Assembly: GCA_034408725.1 (NCBI GenBank)
Contig: JAWXCN010000254.1
Span: forward strand, 1-17,779
Direction of reading: 5' to 3'
DNA length: 17,779 bases
From: Candidatus Hydrogenedentota bacterium
Lineage (GTDB): Bacteria; Hydrogenedentota; Hydrogenedentia; Hydrogenedentales; SLHB01
The notes under the pieces are model-generated. The model was not told the DNA's origin and ran no database searches. It was given only the letters and a program-made list of their open reading frames with translations. Below are positions 1 through 5,888 of this stretch, one piece after another (positions within the stretch are counted from its first letter, which is position 1; each line of letters opens with the position of its first letter). Position numbers and translations under genes: made by a program.

Positions 1-255
1 ACTCAGGGGAGCGTAACCATCCGCAAGGAACTGCCTATCCGCCAAGCATTTGGCGATTTACCCAGCGCCGTGTTAATAATTAAGGTGGAACTGGGCCAGA
101 CCGGTCCCACCGCCTGGATATTTACCGGCGGCGGCAGGGGACACGGGGTGGGGTTGTGCCAGCATGGCGCGCGCGGGATGGCGCTAAAGGGTTTTCGGCA
201 CGACGCCATTGTGGCGCACTATTTTAGCGGTTCGGCGTTGGAGACAGTGCAATAA
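1..255 (+). CDS. SpoIID/LytB-domain protein (lytic transglycosylase family), C-terminal fragment, 5'-truncated by window edge
   Basis: Frame 1 is open from base 1 (TQGSVTIRKELPIRQAFGDLPSA...) to TAA at 253-255. It ends in the SpoIID/LytB signature GGGRGHGVGLCQHGARGMALKG...IVAHYF (consensus G.G.GHGVG[LM].Q.GA..MA..G....IL.HY[YF]). Confidence 0.88.
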   Translation, partial: TQGSVTIRKELPIRQAFGDLPSAVLIIKVELGQTGPTAWIFTGGGRGHGVGLCQHGARGMALKGFRHDAIVAHYFSGSALETVQ

Positions 256-288
256 TGCGCGCTTGCTACACACGGGCGGAAGAGGAAC

Positions 289-1449
289 ATGCTTTACGAG
301 GGCATTAAGAAGAAACCGACCCGGTACGCAATCGGCATTACCTGCGGCAATTCGTCGCGCGGGGCCGATGCGGCGCTCGTTCGAATCAAGGGTACCGGCG
401 ATGATCTCGCGATAAAACTCATCCGGTTCAAACATTATCCTTTCGAGCAGGGGCTCCGCACGCGGCTGATTGTTGCCCGAAAAGACGCGCGGGAAATTTG
501 TTTGCTCAATTTTGAGCTTGGCGAATTTCTTGCCGGACTTACCGTGGACATGCAACGCATCGCGCACTCGGAAATGTGCGAAGTCGATTTCGTCGCGTCA
601 ACGGGATTCACCGTTACCCACAACCCGCCGCGGGGCTACGATCAATCGGTGGGCACGCTGCAGGTCGGCGAACCCGCGGTAATCGCCGAGCGCACGAACC
701 TGCCGGTCGTATCCGATTTTCGCGCCCGCGACATGGCCGCGGGCGGACAGGGCGGACCGATATCCGCATACTCCGATTGGGCGGTGTTCCGCCGCGAAGA
801 CCGGACGGTTGCGCGCGTACACCTCGGCGGTATCACGACGGTATCGGTGCTTACACCGAAGCTGAGCGATATTGTCGCGTTCGATGCCGGACCTGGCACC
901 GTCGCAATAGATGGCGCGGTACGGCTCTTATCCGGCGGCACGCAGGAGATCGACGAGAAAGGCGCCGCCGCCATGAAGGGCGTGGTAATTGACGAGTTTT
1001 TGGATTACCTTCTTGATCATCCGTACTTCGCGAAGGTCCCGCCCAAATGCACGAGCCGCGAAGAGTTTGGCCCAGAGGTGTATCTGCGAGATGCGCTCGC
1101 CGGGCGTAAAGACCATCCATACGAAGACCTGCTCGCCACGGTCTCGTCCGCGGTAAGTTATTGCATCGTGCGCGCGTTCAACCGTTTCGTGAAACCGCAG
1201 CACAGTGTATCGCGCATCATTCTCAGCGGCGGCGGCGTCATGAATCAGGCATTGATGCTGCGCATTAAAAACGGGTTAACGGATTCGACCGTCAAGTTAA
1301 GCGAAGAGTATGGATTGCCGCACGACGCTGTCGACGCCATTGGCGCGGCGATTCTGGGAAATGAAACCTTCTGCGGAACGCCCTGCAACGTGCCCAGCGC
1401 CACTGGCGCAAAGGCCGCGGTGGTGTTGGGGCGAATTACGCCCGCCTAA
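289..1449 (+). CDS. anmK: Anhydro-N-acetylmuramic acid kinase family protein (divergent)
   Basis: 386 aa with AnmK family motifs TLQVGEPAVIAERT..PVVSDFRARDMAAGGQGGP, FDAGPG, HPYF...PPKCTSREEFG, SGGG..N and NVPSATGA...VVLG. SD-like GAGGA at 281-285. Confidence 0.85.
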   Translation: MLYEGIKKKPTRYAIGITCGNSSRGADAALVRIKGTGDDLAIKLIRFKHYPFEQGLRTRLIVARKDAREICLLNFELGEFLAGLTVDMQRIAHSEMCEVDFVASTGFTVTHNPPRGYDQSVGTLQVGEPAVIAERTNLPVVSDFRARDMAAGGQGGPISAYSDWAVFRREDRTVARVHLGGITTVSVLTPKLSDIVAFDAGPGTVAIDGAVRLLSGGTQEIDEKGAAAMKGVVIDEFLDYLLDHPYFAKVPPKCTSREEFGPEVYLRDALAGRKDHPYEDLLATVSSAVSYCIVRAFNRFVKPQHSVSRIILSGGGVMNQALMLRIKNGLTDSTVKLSEEYGLPHDAVDAIGAAILGNETFCGTPCNVPSATGAKAAVVLGRITPA

Positions 1450-1471
1450 GTTGGGGTCTGTCCCGGCGTAG

Positions 1472-1494
1472 CGCCGCCATCGCTGAGGGCGGCG
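1472..1494 (+). other. GC-rich intergenic hairpin downstream of anmK
   Basis: CGCCGCC (1472-1478) pairs with GGCGGCG (1488-1494). No adjacent U-tract, so not a canonical intrinsic terminator. Confidence 0.35.
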
Positions 1495-1555
1495 AGCACT
1501 GCGGACAACAGTGAAAACGGCAACACGGACTTTTTCGGGCGCAGTCACTTACACT

Positions 1556-2518
1556 ATGAAACGCATTCTTGTCACCGGCGCAGCCGGATTCATTGGCTCC
1601 CACACCTGCGACGCGCTAATTGCGCGAGGCGATTTCGTGGCCGGGATCGATTGCTTTGATTCGTTCTACGATCCCGCGATCAAGCTGCGAAACCTCGACG
1701 GCGCAATGAAATCCGATCTCTTTCGTTTGCATGAAACTGACATCTGCGACGAACACGGCTTGATGCGCGTGTTTGAGATCGAGAAGCCGGACGTGGTGGT
1801 ACACCTTGCCGCGCGCGCCGGCGTCCGTCCTTCGCTTGACGATCCGAACCTGTATCACCGCGTCAACGTCATCGGATCGCAGCACCTCCTTGATGCATGC
1901 CGCCGATACAAGCCCTCGCATATGGTGTTCGCATCAAGTTCATCAGTGTATGGCGGGATTAAGGAAACCCCATTCCGCGAAACGATGACCTGCGACAGGC
2001 CCGTTAGTCCGTATGCCGCGACGAAGCGTATGAACGAACTCATGTGCCACGTATACCACCACGTTTACGGTATGCGCGTAACGTTACTGCGATTCTTTAC
2101 GGTGTACGGTCCGCGGCAGCGCCCGGAAATGGCGATCCACAAATTTGCGAAGCTAATCGATGCAGGCAAGCCTGTGCCGATGTTTGGCGACGGGTCCTCG
2201 CTGCGGGACTACACCTACATCGAAGACATTCTCGACGGCGTTCTAAAAGCGGTGGACACGCCGTTCGATTATGAAATTTTTAATCTTGGCGAAAACCAAA
2301 CGACGGACCTTCGCGCGCTGATCAACCTGCTCGGTGAATTGCTGGGGAAACCCGTCGATATCACGCCGCTTCCCTTTCCGTCGTCCGACATGGAAACGAC
2401 CTTCGCTGATATTTCAAAAGCGCGCGAGATGCTGGGCTATGCGCCCAAGACCGCAATGCGCGAAGGATTGTCCCGGTTCATTGACTGGTTTCGGGCTGAA
2501 GCGCGTCGAGTTCCATGA
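1556..2518 (+). CDS. NAD-dependent epimerase/dehydratase, UDP-glucuronate 4-epimerase-like (extended SDR)
   Basis: Motifs TGAAGFIG (Rossmann), HLAARAGVRPS, SSSSVYG, YAATK (YxxxK) and RFFTVYGPRQRPEMA. ATG 1556 (MKRILVTG) matches the family N-terminus better than GTG 1511. Confidence 0.9.
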   Translation: MKRILVTGAAGFIGSHTCDALIARGDFVAGIDCFDSFYDPAIKLRNLDGAMKSDLFRLHETDICDEHGLMRVFEIEKPDVVVHLAARAGVRPSLDDPNLYHRVNVIGSQHLLDACRRYKPSHMVFASSSSVYGGIKETPFRETMTCDRPVSPYAATKRMNELMCHVYHHVYGMRVTLLRFFTVYGPRQRPEMAIHKFAKLIDAGKPVPMFGDGSSLRDYTYIEDILDGVLKAVDTPFDYEIFNLGENQTTDLRALINLLGELLGKPVDITPLPFPSSDMETTFADISKAREMLGYAPKTAMREGLSRFIDWFRAEARRVP

Positions 2519-3149
2519 CCCCACCGGCCATGCCGCGGGTAAGCGGGAACGCGGTGGTTCGCGCATGCGGGATGAATTCCACGTGTCCATCGAGAAAGAA
2601 GACATGCGCGCCGCGCATGGCGTGATGCTTGCTCCGCTCGTAAAGCATCGGTATGCGCGAAGGATTTTGGTACCAAGTCTTCCATGCGCTTCCATCAGGA
2701 CCGTCCCCCATCACGCGCAGACGCAGGATCGCATTACGTCCACCGGCGCGTGGTTTCGAGAGCGGAATTGCGTCCTCGAACGGCGCGCTGTTCGAGGTTC
2801 GCCCGGTATAGTACTCTCGGAACGCGTTGAAGTCCTGCTCATCTTCGAACATATAGCCGAGGTACAAAAAACGGGAATCGTCCATCGCGCCATCGTGGTA
2901 TCCGGTCACGGGTGCGAGCGCGCCTTTAACGGGTGAAAGTGCCGGTGCAAAACCATCCGGGTCTTCTTCCATCGCTGCAAGCAGCGCCGCTCCCGCCTGC
3001 TGCATTTCCGCGCGGCACGATTCGAGGGCGCGCGCATCCCGCGACTGCAACATGACCACAAGTGCCGGGGCCGCCACAATCGCCAATCCAATGAGGGCGG
3101 CGACGGGCGCGTTGACTATCGTTAGAATTTGTCCCGAACTCGATTCCAT
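2478..3149 (-). CDS. Membrane-anchored H-X9-DG / DUF1559-like protein
   Basis: N-terminal hydrophobic helix, then ARALESCRAEMQQAGAAL (cf. AR...C..NLKQ.G), FLYLGY, ILRLR, SRIPMLYER and HHAMRGAHVFFLDGHVEF. GGAGG lies 9 nt upstream of ATG 3149, favouring it over TTG 3155. Confidence 0.75.
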   Translation of the reverse strand: MESSSGQILTIVNAPVAALIGLAIVAAPALVVMLQSRDARALESCRAEMQQAGAALLAAMEEDPDGFAPALSPVKGALAPVTGYHDGAMDDSRFLYLGYMFEDEQDFNAFREYYTGRTSNSAPFEDAIPLSKPRAGGRNAILRLRVMGDGPDGSAWKTWYQNPSRIPMLYERSKHHAMRGAHVFFLDGHVEFIPHARTTAFPLTRGMAGGVMELDALQPETSQ

Positions 3150-3267
3150 CCCCAATTCCCTCCAATTTGTTCGACAGCGTACCTTTCATGGCAATACATA
3201 GTCATCTAGCCGTCGGATTGATCGTTTTCCCCGTGGATCGGCATTGTACTGACCGAAGGAACAGTAA

Positions 3268-3296
3268 TTGCGCGGTCGTTCAACGTCCGATATACT
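3268..3296 (+). promoter_or_regulatory. Putative sigma70-type promoter for the MoxR/vWA operon
   Basis: TTGCGC (3268-3273), 17-nt spacer, TATACT (3291-3296). It lies in the divergent intergenic region just upstream of the SD GAGGAGG (3309-3315) and ATG 3324. Confidence 0.6.
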
Positions 3297-3323
3297 TGTA
3301 GGATGGTAGAGGAGGTATCCGCC

Positions 3324-4853
3324 ATGGACCCCTTGCAGACAGCGCTACGGCGTCTCCGGCTGCGATTGTTCATTGTGCAGTGGACGCGCGCCCTTGTGTG
3401 GTCATTAATTATATCCACGGGACTCGCCTGTGTTTGGCTTACCATCGCCCGATTGTTTCCATCCGTTGGCAATGTCGAAACTGTCACTGTAGGCCTCGTT
3501 GGATTCGGGCTGCTCGCCGCGACGGCTCGTGCCCTGTGGAAACGCCCGAACATGTTGGGCGCGGCCCTCGAGGCTGACCGGCGCCTGGGGTTGCAGGAAC
3601 GCATCACCAGTTCGCTTCAGTTGACCGATGCCGATGGCCCTATGGTCGGTGCCGTACACGACGACGCCCGCAAGCAGTTAGCGCGGCTCAACTACACCCG
3701 CGAATTTCCTTTCACGACGCCCCGTTCAATCCGCTGGCTAGCTATGCCGGTCGTCCTCTATCTGGTCGCCTACGTGTTGCTGCCGGAATTTGATTTGTTG
3801 TCGCAGCGAAAACGCGAAGCCGAAGCCAAGGCGAAGGAAGTCGCGGTCCGCGTCGAGGCGGATCGCCTTGTCGAAGCGGTGAAACCGTTGCGCGAGCTTG
3901 GGCTGGAAGAAAGCACGAAAGTCGAAGGCATCGCGATGGAAGTCGAGCGTATCGCGGAGCAGATGAAGCTGGGCAAACTCAGCGAGAAAACGGCGTTCGC
4001 GAAGCTCACGAATCTAACCGATCAGCTTGCCGAACAGCGCCAGAAATTGCAGGCGAAATCGCCGTTGCCGCAGTTGAGCAATGAAATTGCAAAGCTCGAC
4101 AAAACCAAGGAACTCGCCGAGAACATTCAGAAAGGCGATTTCACCAAGGCGCTGGAGAAGGCGCAAGAACTTGCCGCGAAAATAGAATCCGGCGATATGA
4201 AGCCGGAAGAAAAAGAAGCGCTTTCAAAAGAACTCGATCAATTGTCCAAGGCGTTGTCCGAAATGAGTCCGGAGCTCGCGGAAGCGCTGTCGAAAATGGC
4301 GGCGGGCATGAAAATGAATGACGCCGCGCAGATGCAGATGGCAATGGACGCAATGAAGATGTCCCTGGAGGACATGAAGTCCTTGATGGCGCAGTTGCAG
4401 AAAATGGCCCAATCTGAAGGCAAACTGGGCGAGTGCAAAAACAAGTTGTATTGCGCGACCTGCGTGGGTATGTGCAAGACGGGGAACTGCGCCGGCGTGG
4501 GCGCGGGCTTGCGTGGAAAAGGACAGGGCCGTGGAAACCGGATCGGCGAACTGCCTGAAACGAAAACAGCGACCGACCCCTCAATGGCGCCTGGCGACGT
4601 CACGAAGGGCAAAATACTTGCCACGATTATGCAGCGTACTGCACCCGGCGAGGGTGAGCAAGCGTCGGTGGATTATTCCTCCCAGGCGCTGGTGCAAATC
4701 CAGCAGCAAAGCGAGGAAGCGCTGACGAAGGAAGAAATACCCGCCGGCGCGAAGGAATTCGTGCGGCAGTATTTTGGATCGCTTGAACCAGAAGGTGATC
4801 GGACGGAATCGAAACCTGCCGCGGCGGCTGGAACGATCGCGGGTTCGGAGTAG
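3324..4853 (+). CDS. Membrane-anchored coiled-coil protein of MoxR/vWA gene clusters (DUF4175-like architecture)
   Basis: Two N-terminal TM helices, ADRRLGLQERITSSLQL, a third TM helix, a long E/K/Q/L/M coiled coil, a Cys cluster, a Gly-rich linker and C-terminal EEALTKEEIPAGAKEFVRQYFGSL (cf. IP..Y...V..YF). Strong SD GAGGAGG before ATG 3324. Confidence 0.75.
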   Translation: MDPLQTALRRLRLRLFIVQWTRALVWSLIISTGLACVWLTIARLFPSVGNVETVTVGLVGFGLLAATARALWKRPNMLGAALEADRRLGLQERITSSLQLTDADGPMVGAVHDDARKQLARLNYTREFPFTTPRSIRWLAMPVVLYLVAYVLLPEFDLLSQRKREAEAKAKEVAVRVEADRLVEAVKPLRELGLEESTKVEGIAMEVERIAEQMKLGKLSEKTAFAKLTNLTDQLAEQRQKLQAKSPLPQLSNEIAKLDKTKELAENIQKGDFTKALEKAQELAAKIESGDMKPEEKEALSKELDQLSKALSEMSPELAEALSKMAAGMKMNDAAQMQMAMDAMKMSLEDMKSLMAQLQKMAQSEGKLGECKNKLYCATCVGMCKTGNCAGVGAGLRGKGQGRGNRIGELPETKTATDPSMAPGDVTKGKILATIMQRTAPGEGEQASVDYSSQALVQIQQQSEEALTKEEIPAGAKEFVRQYFGSLEPEGDRTESKPAAAAGTIAGSE

Positions 4854-4870
4854 TAGCGGAACGGCTGAAC

Positions 4871-4888
4871 GCGAAGCCGGCGCTTCGC
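4871..4888 (+). other. Intergenic hairpin after a TAG TAG double stop
   Basis: GCGAAGC-cggc-GCTTCGC, a perfect 7-bp stem with no U-tract. Confidence 0.35.
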
Positions 4889-4967
4889 TCACTGTGTTCT
4901 CAAGCGAGAGCCGGGAACGAGTTGATGGCTGGACGCTTAGAGCCGGCCGGGTGCGAGAGGCGTTTGG

Positions 4968-5888
4968 GTGCAAGTTAACCGCCGTCACTTTTTGATCACC
5001 ATTTCCGCGGCCTGTCTTGGAGCATGCGGTCCTCGCCTGCAAACCACCGATGCGCGCATGTGGGGACGGTCCGGAATGCGGAACGGCGAATTTCACAGGC
5101 CACGCGCCATCGCCGCGGACAGCGCTGAAATCTACGTAATCGACACCACTGGCCGCGTGCAGGTTTTCACACACGCGGGTGAGTGGCTTCGAAGCTGGAA
5201 CATGCCCGAGGCTGACAACGGCACGCCAACCGGCATCACGTTTGCCTCGAAAGATCGGATCGTCATACCGGATACGCACTACAGCCGGATTATGGAGATT
5301 ACAACAGACGGCGAAGTGCTTGACACCTGGGGAGCATTTGGAACCGGAGAATCCGAGTTTATTTATCCCACTGACGTCGTGATCGGACCGGACGGCAGAT
5401 ACTTCATCTCCGAGTATGGCGTCGATGCCGAACGCCTGCACGTGTTCGACGCGGATCGTAAGTTCGTTCAGCAATGGGGTAGCCACGGCGATACGGCCGG
5501 CAACTTCTCGCGAGCGATGTCGTTGACCATTGTGAAAGACGAATTGTTTATCGCGGACACGGCCAACCACCGGATTCAATGCTTCACGTTCGACGGCGTC
5601 TACCGCCGCGCGCTTGGCGGGCTTGGCGCGGAACCAGGCCAACTGCGGTTCCCACACGACATCGCGCGCGCGCCGGATGACACGCTCATCGTATGCGAAT
5701 ACGGAAACAACCGCATTTCGAGGTATACCTGCGAAGGGCGCTGCATCGGCACGCTCGGCCAGCCTGGACGCGGCTATGGCGAGTTCAACACCCCCCGCGG
5801 CGTGTCCGTGTCGCCGCAGGGCACAGTCTTTGTCGCGGACACAGACAATGATCGTATTCAGCGGTTTGCGCTGGAGGACTTCGCGTGA
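4968..5888 (+). CDS. NHL-repeat six-bladed beta-propeller lipoprotein with twin-arginine (Tat) signal
   Basis: N-terminus MQVNRRHFLITISAACLGAC (RRxFL plus lipobox, Cys20 at 5025). Repeated NHL motifs: GEFHRPRAIA..IYVIDT, GQLRFPHDIA, GEFNTPRGVSV..VFVADTDNDRIQRF, FIADTANHRIQCF. SD-like GAGAGG before GTG. Confidence 0.85.
   Translation: MQVNRRHFLITISAACLGACGPRLQTTDARMWGRSGMRNGEFHRPRAIAADSAEIYVIDTTGRVQVFTHAGEWLRSWNMPEADNGTPTGITFASKDRIVIPDTHYSRIMEITTDGEVLDTWGAFGTGESEFIYPTDVVIGPDGRYFISEYGVDAERLHVFDADRKFVQQWGSHGDTAGNFSRAMSLTIVKDELFIADTANHRIQCFTFDGVYRRALGGLGAEPGQLRFPHDIARAPDDTLIVCEYGNNRISRYTCEGRCIGTLGQPGRGYGEFNTPRGVSVSPQGTVFVADTDNDRIQRFALEDFA

Noticed and set aside
1550-1555. TACACT -10-like hexamer before the epimerase
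   Set aside because: It directly abuts the ATG (too close even for a leaderless transcript) and has no credible -35 element.
2334-2936. 200-aa plus-strand ORF
   Set aside because: Off-frame in the epimerase and antisense to the motif-bearing H-X9-DG gene.
4854-4967. Intrinsic terminator or riboswitch in the intergenic gap
   Set aside because: Short stems are present, but there is no U-tract and no recognisable riboswitch consensus.
4581-5657. 358-aa minus-strand ORF
   Set aside because: Antisense shadow of the coiled-coil and NHL genes with no recognisable motifs; expected in high-GC DNA.
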